Assembly (NCBI GenBank): GCA_043799385.1
Contig: JAZDNV010000001.1
Location: 32,265 to 96,264, forward strand
From: Candidatus Aenigmatarchaeota archaeon
GTDB lineage: Archaea > Aenigmatarchaeota > Aenigmatarchaeia > GW2011-AR5
Length of the DNA: 64,000 nt
Direction: 5' to 3'
The first letter of the stretch is position 1; each line of letters starts with the position of its first letter. This document shows positions 27,980 to 37,524 of the stretch, piece by piece. The notes beneath the pieces are model-generated. The model ran no database searches. It was not told where the DNA came from and saw only the letters and a program-made list of their open reading frames with translations. The translations under genes and the position numbers were made by a program.

Positions 27980-30589
27980 ATGTTATTTCAATTATTGGAT
28001 GTTGACTATTTTTTGAACGGAAACAAACCGGTCGTAAGATTATACGGCAAGACAGAAAACGACAACTCAATATGCGTATTCTGCGAGAATTTCCAGCCTT
28101 ATTTCTACATAAAAGAAAAAACCGACGTGCCCGGTGCGATAAAGATAGAAGAGGTCGAGAAATTCCTGCCTCTAGGTTATCATGAAAAACCAATAAAGCT
28201 ACAGAAAGTAACTCTGACCAATCCGCAGGACGTCGGTGTAGTGAGAGAGCAGCTGGCCGCAGACGGCGTAGAGAGCTATGAAGCAGATATATTGTTCAAA
28301 TACAGGTTCATGATCGACCATGGTCTGCACGGCATGGACTGGATTGAATTCGAAGGAAGAAAAACGCACACGAATCTGGTTAACATACCTGCATACGTTG
28401 CAAGCAGCATAAAGAGAGTCGAGAGCTATTCGAACGCGCCGCTGAAATACATGTCGTTTGATATTGAATGCCTGCCGAGTGACGTTAAGCGGTCAATAGA
28501 CGCAAAGATGGACCCTATAATAATGATAGCGCTGACTTTCTACCCGGATTACAGGAACAAAAAAAACCTCGTTCTTGTCGCAAAGCCGGTGAATGAAAAC
28601 GATGCTAAAGGATTCAGAAGCGAGAAAGAGATGCTTGAGGAATTCCTGAACATAATAAGGGTGTACGACCCGGACATAATCACGGGTTATAACATAAATT
28701 CTTTTGATCTGCCGTACCTGCTTGAGAGGTTAAAACAAAACCATCTGCCAGCGAATTTCGGCCGCTGCAACGACAAGTACGTCTACTCAAAAAAATTCGG
28801 CATGACAGAAGAATGCACAATCAACGGAAGAATAGTAGTTGACCCATACCAACTGTTGAAAAGAGACCCGTGGCTCAAATTCGTACGTTACGACCTTAAT
28901 ACGATTGCAAAGGAGTTGCTGGGCGAAGCGAAATTGGACGTTGAGTACAGCGAAATGCCAGAGCTTTGGAACGGCACACGGGACGAACTAAGCAGGTTCA
29001 TCGAATATGCGAGAAAAGATGCAGATCTATCAATACGCTTAGTTCTTGAGAGAAGGATGCTTGACAAATTCATAGAGCTTGCGAAGGTATCCGGATTGCT
29101 TTTACAGGATACGTTCGGCGGCCAATCCACGAGGGTAGAAACGATGATTCTGCACGAATTCAAGAAAAGGAATTTCGTGATGCCGTCTAAGCCAACTTCT
29201 TCTGAACTTACAAAACGATTGAAAGAACGGGAGAAGAAAGGATTGAAGGGCGCGACAGTTTTAGAACCTAATAAAGGATTTTATTCTGACTATGTGCTCG
29301 TACTGGATTTCAAAAGCCTGTACCCGAACATAATCAGGACGTATTGCATTTCGCCTGACTGCCTACTGCTTGATGGCAGCGATGGTATTAAATCACCGTC
29401 AGGCGCGGTTTTTGCGAAACGTGAAGTTCGCGAGGGCGTTTTCCCGTTTCTTCTAACAAAGCTGCTTGAAGCAAGGGGAATTGCAAAGAAGGCGATGAAA
29501 ACCGTAGGCAAAGAAGAGAAAAAGATACTCAATGCAAAACAATTGGCGTTAAAGGACATGGCCAACTCGTTCTACGGCTATACAGGCTACATACGTGCAA
29601 GGCTGTATATGATAGACGTGGCTAATGCAGTGACGAGTTATGGCCGTGAAAATATCGAAAGGACGAAAAAACTGATAGAGGATACCTTTAAAGTGAATGT
29701 CATCTACGGCGACACTGATTCCATATTCCTGAAGGTGAGTGTAAAGAGCATAGACGAGGCGAATGAGCTAGGCAGTAAAATATCAAAATTCGTGACCGAC
29801 AACCTTCCAGGCTACCTTGAGTTGGAATTCGATAAGATATACCGCTCGTTCCTCATACTGACAAAGAAGAGATATGCCGGTTGGAAGTTTGACTATTCAG
29901 ATGGAAAATGGGTTGACAGCATAGACATGCGCGGCATCGAGACAGTCAGACGCGATTGGTGCTCGCTGGTTACAGAAACAATGAACGAGATACTCAACAT
30001 AATCCTGAAAGAGGGCGATGTACAGAAGGCGCTTAATCGCATGCGCGATGTCGTAGAAAAGATAAAGAGAAATGAAATACCAATGGAAAAACTTACTGTT
30101 GTGAAGGAAATAACGAAACATGTGGATTCATATGAAGGGATACTGCCGCACATCGAGCTGGCAAAAAAGCTCACTAACAGGAACCCGCACGACGTACCAA
30201 AAGTTGGCGACAGGATTGGTTATATTATAATAAAAGGCAATCAGCTGCTGTCCAAGAGGGCAGAAGACCCGAAATATGCGGAAAAAAACAGATTACAGAT
30301 AGATTCTGATTACTATCTGTCGTCGCAGCTATTTCCGCCGATCGAAAGAATATTGAACGCCGTCGGGATAACGAGGAGCGAGATGCTTGGCAACGGAAAA
30401 CAGATGAACATATTCGACATGGTCAACGGGAAAAAAAGCTCAAGCAATGAGTTAGCAGGTTGGGAAGGATTTGTCTGCAAAAAATGCAACAAATCCTACA
30501 GAAGGATGCCGCTGCAAGGTCTTTGCGAGTGCGGCGGCGAACTTTTGCTCAGCTACCACGGCTCTGTTGGCAACAAGATAAAGATTTAG
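27980..30589 (+). CDS. polB: Family B DNA polymerase, complete, with exonuclease and polymerase motifs and a C-terminal zinc finger
   Basis: Exo I FDIE, polymerase motifs DFKSLYPNII and YGDTDS, and C-terminal CKKCN...CECGG. Confidence 0.9.
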   Translation: MLFQLLDVDYFLNGNKPVVRLYGKTENDNSICVFCENFQPYFYIKEKTDVPGAIKIEEVEKFLPLGYHEKPIKLQKVTLTNPQDVGVVREQLAADGVESYEADILFKYRFMIDHGLHGMDWIEFEGRKTHTNLVNIPAYVASSIKRVESYSNAPLKYMSFDIECLPSDVKRSIDAKMDPIIMIALTFYPDYRNKKNLVLVAKPVNENDAKGFRSEKEMLEEFLNIIRVYDPDIITGYNINSFDLPYLLERLKQNHLPANFGRCNDKYVYSKKFGMTEECTINGRIVVDPYQLLKRDPWLKFVRYDLNTIAKELLGEAKLDVEYSEMPELWNGTRDELSRFIEYARKDADLSIRLVLERRMLDKFIELAKVSGLLLQDTFGGQSTRVETMILHEFKKRNFVMPSKPTSSELTKRLKEREKKGLKGATVLEPNKGFYSDYVLVLDFKSLYPNIIRTYCISPDCLLLDGSDGIKSPSGAVFAKREVREGVFPFLLTKLLEARGIAKKAMKTVGKEEKKILNAKQLALKDMANSFYGYTGYIRARLYMIDVANAVTSYGRENIERTKKLIEDTFKVNVIYGDTDSIFLKVSVKSIDEANELGSKISKFVTDNLPGYLELEFDKIYRSFLILTKKRYAGWKFDYSDGKWVDSIDMRGIETVRRDWCSLVTETMNEILNIILKEGDVQKALNRMRDVVEKIKRNEIPMEKLTVVKEITKHVDSYEGILPHIELAKKLTNRNPHDVPKVGDRIGYIIIKGNQLLSKRAEDPKYAEKNRLQIDSDYYLSSQLFPPIERILNAVGITRSEMLGNGKQMNIFDMVNGKKSSSNELAGWEGFVCKKCNKSYRRMPLQGLCECGGELLLSYHGSVGNKIKI

Positions 30590-30618
30590 CCGCAGCAGCA
30601 ATCTATTTTTCGTTCTAT

Positions 30619-30634
30619 AAAAGTTTATATAATC
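30619..30634 (+). promoter_or_regulatory. TATA-box-like element upstream of the small ORF at 30654
   Basis: aaagtttatataatcc lies about 20 to 35 nt upstream of the ATG. Confidence 0.3.
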
Positions 30635-30653
30635 CAAATGATAAGAAAATGTC

Positions 30654-30845
30654 ATGCACATCAAGACAATAAACGGAAAACAGTATTATTATGAGTCTGT
30701 GAGGAAGGGAAAGAAGGTTACAAGCAGGTATATCGGCCCTGTAGAAAAAGCAAAAAAGAGAATACAGGAACAAGAGATTGTAGAAGAAAAGGAAAAAATC
30801 AAACAAGAAGATATAAACCTCCCGGATGATAGCTATATCGGCTGA
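30654..30845 (+). CDS. Hypothetical small protein
   Basis: 63 aa; N-terminal INGKQYYYESVRKGKKVTSRYIGP resembles a recurring archaeal small-protein motif I cannot place. Lys/Glu-rich tail. Confidence 0.3.
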   Translation: MHIKTINGKQYYYESVRKGKKVTSRYIGPVEKAKKRIQEQEIVEEKEKIKQEDINLPDDSYIG

Positions 30846-30915
30846 TTCTTCTTAAAAACAGAATTAAATAGAAATATTTATCTCGAATTGAAGAAAAATA
30901 AAAAAATTATAAAAT

Positions 30916-31095
30916 TTACACATGCCTTGATTTTATCGTCCCTTTCTTGTCACTTTTGGCACGCTCTACTGCGCGATCGAGCAATCTTGCGACTTCCTTA
31001 TTCAGTTCGTCGATTGCGTCGCCGCCCATGCGCATCTTCTTCTTTGATGCATAGTCCTTTACTTTACTTTTCACTACCAATACTTCCATTTTCAT
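30916..31095 (-). CDS. Small histone-fold-like protein, 59 aa, possibly DUF1931-like (absent from the ORF track)
   Basis: MKMEVLVVKSKVKDYASKKKMRMGGDAIDELNKEVARLLDRAVERAKSDKKGTIKSRHV; helix-strand-helix reminiscent of histone-fold proteins. Confidence 0.3.
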   Translation of the reverse strand: MKMEVLVVKSKVKDYASKKKMRMGGDAIDELNKEVARLLDRAVERAKSDKKGTIKSRHV

Positions 31096-31150
31096 AACCT
31101 CTACCTTATTTTTAATTAAAGAAATTCTAAATCAAAGCTTAAAAAGCCCT

Positions 31151-32341
31151 CTAAACAGGCAGGTAGAAAAGTATCGTAGGTAAAATCAGGACACCCATCA
31201 GGTTACCACGCTTTATTTTTACAATATTCGTGAAAATACCTAGTACCGAACAAATCGCTAGCAAAAACAATCCGTAGAAGGATGTGAAAACGAAAGTGAG
31301 CAGAAGTATCAGCGATAAAACAAAAACACTAATCACGGAGTAATTCATCTGCTCAATCACGCCCAGAAATCTTTTTGTCATCAGTAATGTTAATATCGCA
31401 GACACGCCGCACGCTATGAGCGATACGGAAACAATCATGAGCAATTCATTAAAGCCGATACTCATCGTCTGCTCGATAACGACTGCAACGCCGCTCCTCG
31501 CCTTTCCGATGAGATACAATGATATCATCGAGAGCAATATGTTTGCAGTAGTTATAGCGCCGATGCTGACTAAAAACGAATGGTCGTTTTTCTCAACGCT
31601 CGCAAGCGAAGCAATTTCGCTCGAGCCCACGCCAGGCAGAATGCCGGAGAAAATGCCGCCGAACGAGCCGGACAATAATGAGCGGTTTACGGTTTTTCTT
31701 GATACGTTTAATTCTGCCCCTGTCTGCTCTGGGATTTTTATCCTGCTTTTTATCTGCAGAAGAAGCATGCTGACTCCGAAAAGACCGGATAATACCGGGA
31801 AAAGAACAAGGCTATTGTTTATTGGCAGTTTGTTTGCAAGAAGTCCGATCAATCCGGCAAGAAAGAACACGAGCAATGCGATTAATTTTTTATTGCCGGT
31901 TTCAGTTAAAACCATAATCAAAACTATTACAATGAGCAGCATGTAGATGAACGGTTTTGCAATGCCGTAAAGAAACGGCACTAAAAAAAGTAAAAATGGC
32001 AGCATCAATGAACAAACCACGGTTGCACCAACTCCACCGATAACAGTCAGTTTAACCGCTTCGTAACCGTGGCCAGCCAGAAGCATTTTGTGCCCAGGCA
32101 GGATGGACAATTCATTGCCATCGTCCGGCGCGCCAAGCAGTATTGAAGGTATGAAATCAATAATACTATTTGATACAGCCATCGTAACGATGAACGCTAG
32201 GAGCAGGAGCGGATTGACGTCAATTGCGAGTAGTATAGGTATTGCCAATACGATGAGGTTTGGGTGGATGCCAGGTATTAGCCCCACCACCACACCAGCA
32301 ATCATACCAAGGAATACAAACACCAACAGCTCGAAAAACAT
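31151..32341 (-). CDS. TctA/DUF112 family membrane transporter
   Basis: Multi-pass membrane protein with the conserved DUF112 segment (ILLGAPDDGNELSILPGHKMLLAGHGYEAVKLT). Confidence 0.65.
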   Translation of the reverse strand: MFFELLVFVFLGMIAGVVVGLIPGIHPNLIVLAIPILLAIDVNPLLLLAFIVTMAVSNSIIDFIPSILLGAPDDGNELSILPGHKMLLAGHGYEAVKLTVIGGVGATVVCSLMLPFLLFLVPFLYGIAKPFIYMLLIVIVLIMVLTETGNKKLIALLVFFLAGLIGLLANKLPINNSLVLFPVLSGLFGVSMLLLQIKSRIKIPEQTGAELNVSRKTVNRSLLSGSFGGIFSGILPGVGSSEIASLASVEKNDHSFLVSIGAITTANILLSMISLYLIGKARSGVAVVIEQTMSIGFNELLMIVSVSLIACGVSAILTLLMTKRFLGVIEQMNYSVISVFVLSLILLLTFVFTSFYGLFLLAICSVLGIFTNIVKIKRGNLMGVLILPTILFYLPV

Positions 32342-32383
32342 TTATTTAAATAATGGATTACAATTTTAAAATAAGTTGATTTT

Positions 32384-32716
32384 ATGTTCGGAAACACAAA
32401 CCCAAAGAAAATGCAGGAAATCCTGAAGAAAATGAACATGAACGTGCGAGAAGTCCGTGCTGAAGAAGTTATCATAAGATGCAAGGACAAGAACATCATA
32501 ATATCCAAACCTGAGATAATGATAGCTGATATGCTAGGCAAAGAGGTCTACCAGATAACAGGCGAAGTATCAGAATCATCGAATATGAGCGAGAAGGATA
32601 TCGCCTTGGTCATGGAAAAAACAGGCAAGGACCGCGAAACGGTCGTTAAGAAATTAGAGGAATTGAACAACGACATCGTCAACGCGATAATCGAATTGAA
32701 GGGGAAAAATAAGTAA
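32384..32716 (+). CDS. nac: Nascent polypeptide-associated complex protein (NAC alpha homolog with UBA domain)
   Basis: NAC domain (VREVRAEEVIIRCKDKNIIISKPEI) and a C-terminal UBA-like helix (DIALVMEKTGKDRETVVKKLEE). Confidence 0.8.
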   Translation: MFGNTNPKKMQEILKKMNMNVREVRAEEVIIRCKDKNIIISKPEIMIADMLGKEVYQITGEVSESSNMSEKDIALVMEKTGKDRETVVKKLEELNNDIVNAIIELKGKNK

Positions 32717-32799
32717 ATTATTTTCAATTACATGGAAATTACAAAATAATTTCTAATTCGTTTTTAAATATTTTCTAGGGATAGTCAGATTGATATAGA

Positions 32800-34407
32800 A
32801 TGTCTGGTATCAATGCCGTTTATTCTGCTGACAGGAAATTTACTGGAAATGATGTTATTGAGTGGACATCTTCTGCCGAGGTTCAAGAGCAACCGAGGGG
32901 CGAGGCTGGCGCAGGAGTCGCTATGGCCGATCAATGGGGAGAGATAAAAATAGAGACGAATATGGGCCCTGTCAGAATAGCTATACCCCTAGAAACTCTG
33001 TTAAAGGTAGGTAACCCATCAGTTTACGTTGTCGCGGGGCACACCAGATACGCGAGAGAAGAAAACCCGAGTATCATAAATACGCAGCCAATAAAAATTG
33101 AAACCGAGCGATATGCAACTGCTGTGGCAGCTGATAGCAAGCTTGTTGGATGGAATGAAATAAACACGTGGTTCGAATATAATCCGAAAAGAACCATGAC
33201 AGGAGCAGAGGTCTTTGGTAGAGTATTCTTAGATGAGTTAGAAAGAACAAATGGCAATATAAGAGATGCCGGTGAAAAATTCTTCTATAGAATGGATGGA
33301 AAGGGATTTTATTCTGTTGTAATGCTTGTTAAGGAAAAGGACAAAAATGATGTTAGATTGGTGGCTATAAGAGACCCTTATTCAGGATTGCCGTTTTGCT
33401 GCGCGAAGAGAGATGAAACGTATTTCTTTAGTTCAGGAACGTACCCCATGGAGCACGAAGGAATTAATCTCAGAGATATAAAAGAAGTACCGCGGGCAAG
33501 CGTAACAGTGATATCAGAGAACGGTATTGATACTAATGTATATGAACAATACAAAAAACCAATAAGAACATGTGTATTTGAAAGGGTATATTTTGGCAGT
33601 CCTTATGACAGGGTATTAACAGAGTTGGGTCCAAAATTCTATGAGCTATATGATAAATATCATAAATTATTGACAGCTAATCCCGAATTCAAAGAAACGC
33701 CAAGTAATTATATGATAAGAGCCGTCTTGGGTGCTTGTTGGGCTGAAAGGCACCGAGAGTTGGCGAACGAAGTTGACAAAGCCATACCAATAGTTTATAC
33801 TGGAACTGGGGTCACACACGGTATATCGAGGGTACTCGGTTTGCCAGAAGAACATGATGCTTTATTTAAGACGTATGCACCTAGAACATTTCAGATATCA
33901 GATAAAGAACTAAGGAAGATGGAAGTCGACTTGAAGAACGCAGGTTTCGCAGAGTTTATAAAGTCGTTTAGGATTCTCACAGGCGATGACAGTATTGTTA
34001 AAGGCGGGGTAGGTGGTTATTACAGCAAGAAGAGAGGCGTATTGGGATTATTTGAGCGTCTAGGAGCTACATCACTTCTAATGGCAATCTCGTATTCTCC
34101 AATGCCTTATCCATGCATAAGAGGGTTCGCTCCTTATCATCTGAGAGAAAGGATGGCGGCCGAGGGCATGGCACACCTCCCGGAAGAAACACAAGAAAAA
34201 TTAGTAGGAGAAAAAATGGGCACAGGTTTAAAAATACCGTTTAGTGTGGGCTATCAACGAAAACAAGATACATACGATATTTTCGGTCCTCACCACTGTT
34301 TTGCTTGTATGGATGGAAACTACCCTGTAGATGTTAAATACGTACCAGACTGGATCAGGTCACAAAAAGATATAGCTGATACGCTTGCAAATATCAGGTG
34401 GGTCTAA
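32800..34407 (+). CDS. Class-II glutamine amidotransferase (Ntn hydrolase)-like domain protein with Ser in the nucleophile position and a large uncharacterised C-terminal region
   Basis: The N-terminus MSGINAV parallels the MCGI start of Ntn amidotransferases, and GHTRYAREENPSIINTQP resembles the GH-x-R-Y/W-(S/A)-T oxyanion segment. No PP-loop or PRTase motif in the C-terminal half. Confidence 0.45.
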   Translation: MSGINAVYSADRKFTGNDVIEWTSSAEVQEQPRGEAGAGVAMADQWGEIKIETNMGPVRIAIPLETLLKVGNPSVYVVAGHTRYAREENPSIINTQPIKIETERYATAVAADSKLVGWNEINTWFEYNPKRTMTGAEVFGRVFLDELERTNGNIRDAGEKFFYRMDGKGFYSVVMLVKEKDKNDVRLVAIRDPYSGLPFCCAKRDETYFFSSGTYPMEHEGINLRDIKEVPRASVTVISENGIDTNVYEQYKKPIRTCVFERVYFGSPYDRVLTELGPKFYELYDKYHKLLTANPEFKETPSNYMIRAVLGACWAERHRELANEVDKAIPIVYTGTGVTHGISRVLGLPEEHDALFKTYAPRTFQISDKELRKMEVDLKNAGFAEFIKSFRILTGDDSIVKGGVGGYYSKKRGVLGLFERLGATSLLMAISYSPMPYPCIRGFAPYHLRERMAAEGMAHLPEETQEKLVGEKMGTGLKIPFSVGYQRKQDTYDIFGPHHCFACMDGNYPVDVKYVPDWIRSQKDIADTLANIRWV

Positions 34408-34673
34408 TAGTGTATTTCAAATCCAACTTCATTTTTAACCATTTCCCAAACGATTTCGAGATTACCGATTCTTGCACTTATCGGACCCTTCTTCAACAGC
34501 GTTATCAACTCATTCAATTTATCTTCTCCACCCTCTGCTACTAATTCAACGCGACCATCATCCAGATTCTTTACCCAGCCGCTCAATCCTAATTCTAATG
34601 CATTCCTTCTTGTAAAGTCGCGGTAGAAGACGCCCTGCACGCGGCCGGAGACGAAGATATGACAGCGTTTCAT
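34404..34673 (-). CDS. acyP: Acylphosphatase
   Basis: VSGRVQGVFYRDFTRRNALELGLSGWVKNLDDGRVELVAEG is the acylphosphatase signature. The ORF-track start at 34748 runs through the tRNA-Leu gene, so it is trimmed to Met26. Confidence 0.8.
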   Translation of the reverse strand: MKRCHIFVSGRVQGVFYRDFTRRNALELGLSGWVKNLDDGRVELVAEGGEDKLNELITLLKKGPISARIGNLEIVWEMVKNEVGFEIHY

Positions 34674-34684
34674 AATTATCGAAA

Positions 34685-34799
34685 TGCGGGGGACGAGATT
34701 TGAACTCGCGGAGCGATTCGTCGCTAAGACGCATAAAGCGTCATGCACTAACGCACAAGGTCCTCAACCTTGCCCCTTTGGCCACTTGGGTACCCCCGC
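34685..34799 (-). tRNA. tRNA-Leu (anticodon GAG) with a roughly 29-nt insertion in the variable-arm region (non-canonical intron)
   Basis: Minus strand: acceptor GCGGGGG/CCCCCGC plus A; D-stem CCC/GGG with an 11-nt loop; anticodon stem CAAGG/CCTTG, loop TTGAGGA; T-arm GCGAG-TTCAAAT-CTCGT. There are 46 nt between the anticodon stem and the T-stem against about 16 expected; candidate variable arm AGCGACGAATCGCT. Confidence 0.65.
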
Positions 34800-34979
34800 T
34801 CTAACTGTCTCTTGGTATGAAAATTCTTAAAGTATCGTTTGCCGTTTCATACCAAAAGGTATATTATTGAATAACGGCAATATTATAAAAAGTCTAAGGC
34901 TAAACAAACATGAAGCTAAAGCTGATTCTGGTGGTCGAGTATTAACCGATATAGTAATGGCAATGCAGTAGCCCTGTTC

Positions 34980-36569
34980 ATGATGGAGTTGGGCATTGAT
35001 AGTTCTATCCCAACGTACAGCGGTGGCATGGGTGTTCTTGGTGGATGTATGGCTAAAGCTGCTGCTGACATCGGTTTACCGTTTGCCGTAGTCACGAATC
35101 TTTACAATCGTGGATATTTCAGACAAGAGATCGACAAGGAAGGAAATCAGGTCGAACATTACGATCCATGGAAACCAGAAGAAAAAATGCAAAAAATACC
35201 AGAGCATATCTATGTAAAAATAGAAGGACGTGATGTTGCTGTCCATGCATGGCGCTATGATGTAAAAGGCAGACGAGGGGTCGTGCCTGTCTACTTTCTT
35301 GATACGAACGGAAACGGCAACCACCCGCGCGATGAAGAGATAACGTCAAGACTTTATAGGGATGATCTCCGGATAAAACAAGAGGCGGTTTTAGGCATTG
35401 GTGGTGCCAGACTTTTGGAAAAGCTTGGTTACGACATCGGAACGTATCATATGAACGAAAGTCACTCCGCATTTCTGGTACTTGAACTATTGAAAAAAAT
35501 GCCATTGGAAAAAGTAAAAGAACTTTGCGTGTTCACAACGCATTCGCCGGTTGCCGGCCACGAACACCACGATTACGGTACGGTCAGAAACGTTATTGGT
35601 GATCTGCCGGTAAATATAGGAGACTTAGCTGGTCGCGGTTGGTTGGACATGACTAAATTTGCAATGAATTCAAGCAGATATGTGAATGGTGTTTCAAAAA
35701 AACACGGAGAAACATGCGGTATCGATTACATAACTAACGGCGCCCATGCCTATACGTGGGTATCAAAACCGTTTCAAGAACTTTATGATTCTGAAATACC
35801 ACAATGGCGAGACGATCCAGGAGAATTAAGGAATGCTCATAAAATAGAAAGGTCAAAAATACTTGTCGCGCATCAGGCTGCAAAGGATATGGCACCAGAC
35901 TATACAGAAGAGAAACTAGGAATAAGATTCGATCCAAATCGTCCTATAATCGGTTGGGCTAGAAGAATGACATGCACGGCTGATGAGTACAAAAGACCAT
36001 GGCTATTGTTTTCCGATATGGAAAGACTCACAAATACCCTGAAAAAATATGATGCACAACTCATCTATGGGGGGAAAGCGCATCCAAGCGATTGGAAAGC
36101 AAAACTAACGATCAGATATATCAATGGCAGGCTCAAAGAACTAAGGGAAAAAGGAATAAACGCAGGATATGGGTCGAACTACGGTATGAATGACTGCGCT
36201 ATGCTGACTTCTTTCTGCGATATATGGCTTAATACACCCAGAGTCCCGTGCGAGGCATCTGGCACGAGTGGTATGTGCGCTGATCTTAACGGTGTTCCGC
36301 AACACAGTACTTTAGACGGTTGGTGGTACGAGGCAATGGCTAACGTAGGCGGCGCGGAAGGCGTAATAGGGTGGTCGATAGGCGGAACAACATCAGATGA
36401 TAGAAAGGATGCCGAAGACCTTTTACGTAAGCTTGACATTACTTTGCCAAAGACCGGCAGTCTTGAGATGGCAGAAGTTATGGCAGGTGCGATAGCAAGA
36501 AATGCATCGCACTTCACTTCAGAGCGCATGATGAAGGAATACGCGGAAAAGGCATACGGTTGCATGTAG
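34980..36569 (+). CDS. Alpha-glucan (glycogen/maltodextrin) phosphorylase, short archaeal form
   Basis: IPTYSGGMGVLGGCMAKAAADIGLPFAVVTNLYNRGYFRQ matches the GT35 N-terminal signature (IPTYSGGLGVLAGD...LYRQGYF). Confidence 0.75.
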   Translation: MMELGIDSSIPTYSGGMGVLGGCMAKAAADIGLPFAVVTNLYNRGYFRQEIDKEGNQVEHYDPWKPEEKMQKIPEHIYVKIEGRDVAVHAWRYDVKGRRGVVPVYFLDTNGNGNHPRDEEITSRLYRDDLRIKQEAVLGIGGARLLEKLGYDIGTYHMNESHSAFLVLELLKKMPLEKVKELCVFTTHSPVAGHEHHDYGTVRNVIGDLPVNIGDLAGRGWLDMTKFAMNSSRYVNGVSKKHGETCGIDYITNGAHAYTWVSKPFQELYDSEIPQWRDDPGELRNAHKIERSKILVAHQAAKDMAPDYTEEKLGIRFDPNRPIIGWARRMTCTADEYKRPWLLFSDMERLTNTLKKYDAQLIYGGKAHPSDWKAKLTIRYINGRLKELREKGINAGYGSNYGMNDCAMLTSFCDIWLNTPRVPCEASGTSGMCADLNGVPQHSTLDGWWYEAMANVGGAEGVIGWSIGGTTSDDRKDAEDLLRKLDITLPKTGSLEMAEVMAGAIARNASHFTSERMMKEYAEKAYGCM

Positions 36570-36596
36570 AAGAAAAGAATTGACGATGTATCTAAA

Positions 36597-37520
36597 TCAC
36601 TGAATGGTTCCGCTGCCGATAATCCTTGGCAGCGCTTCGTTCTGCGACGCGATTATGCAATGCTGGTTTTCAGTATAGGCAACAGGCTGCTGTAGCTTTA
36701 GGACTAGAGTTTCTCCGCATGATTCCACAACCGACGTTATTACCTGAAGGCCGCATGACAGGAAGACAGGCATTCCAGACTTCAGTTCGTTTCTGAAGAA
36801 TCGACTTTTTCTGAATTTTACCGTTACACGGTCAGATTTTTTCATATTATTGCATATAACAAAACCACGCTTTAATTCATCAGCTTCTACGCCTTTCAGG
36901 TTAAGACCAACACGCATACCGGCGTTGGCTTCATTAAAATCATTATCTTGGGACTGTATGCCCTTTATAATAACCTCCTTTCCTAATGGTTCTACAATAG
37001 CTTTGTCGTATTTTTTTAGTGAACCGCTTTTCATTATCCCGAGAATAACCGTGCCAACGCTTTTCACATCGAAATAGTTATCAATAGGTATAAGCAATGG
37101 TTCGCTACTTCTATGCACATTGACTTTCAATATATTTTCCATTAGTTCATCTTCGCTTATGAAGGGGAATTTACCCATACCCGTATTTCTTATAATCGGT
37201 TCCAGCATATTTTTATCGCCTATAATAAATCCATTTTGAAAATCCATCTCATCGATCGCGATTATAATCTCGCCTATTTCTTTTGTGATTTCCTTTACAA
37301 CGATTACAGGAAAATCTATCATTGCTAACGATTGGAGTAGTGGCTGTATTTTATCCGAATTAGGGCACACGTAAGTCAATACGCCTGCAGAATCTGCATG
37401 ATTGCATATCATTATGTCGTTTGTAGTCCCAGGTTTGCCTAGTTTCTTTGCCAGTTCGTTGTCGCCGAATATGCCTATTGTAATATGCATTTTAATCACG
37501 TTTGACAATACATAGAACAA
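36597..37520 (-). CDS. EF-Tu/EF-1alpha domain II and III protein with a degenerate N-terminal G-domain remnant
   Basis: Domain-II beta-barrel pattern (SVGTVILGIMKSGSLKKYDKAIVEPLGKEVIIKGIQ...AGMRVGLNLKGVEADELKRGFVI) and a domain-III-like C-terminus. The N-terminal IGIFGDNELAKKLGKPGTT lacks an intact P-loop (GxxxxGKS/T). Confidence 0.5.
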   Translation of the reverse strand: MFYVLSNVIKMHITIGIFGDNELAKKLGKPGTTNDIMICNHADSAGVLTYVCPNSDKIQPLLQSLAMIDFPVIVVKEITKEIGEIIIAIDEMDFQNGFIIGDKNMLEPIIRNTGMGKFPFISEDELMENILKVNVHRSSEPLLIPIDNYFDVKSVGTVILGIMKSGSLKKYDKAIVEPLGKEVIIKGIQSQDNDFNEANAGMRVGLNLKGVEADELKRGFVICNNMKKSDRVTVKFRKSRFFRNELKSGMPVFLSCGLQVITSVVESCGETLVLKLQQPVAYTENQHCIIASQNEALPRIIGSGTIQ

Positions 37521-37524
37521 GAGG

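Noticed and set aside
34674-34748. N-terminal extensions of ORF-track CDS that run through tRNA genes (acylphosphatase 34404..34748, TPM protein 38148..38996, HD protein 39403..40002)
   Set aside because: Each extension overlaps a cloverleaf tRNA on the same strand, and a downstream in-frame Met gives a sensible start (MKRCHIFVSG, MKRAVVLLL signal peptide, MHEFIGY). The CDS were trimmed rather than called as overlapping genes.
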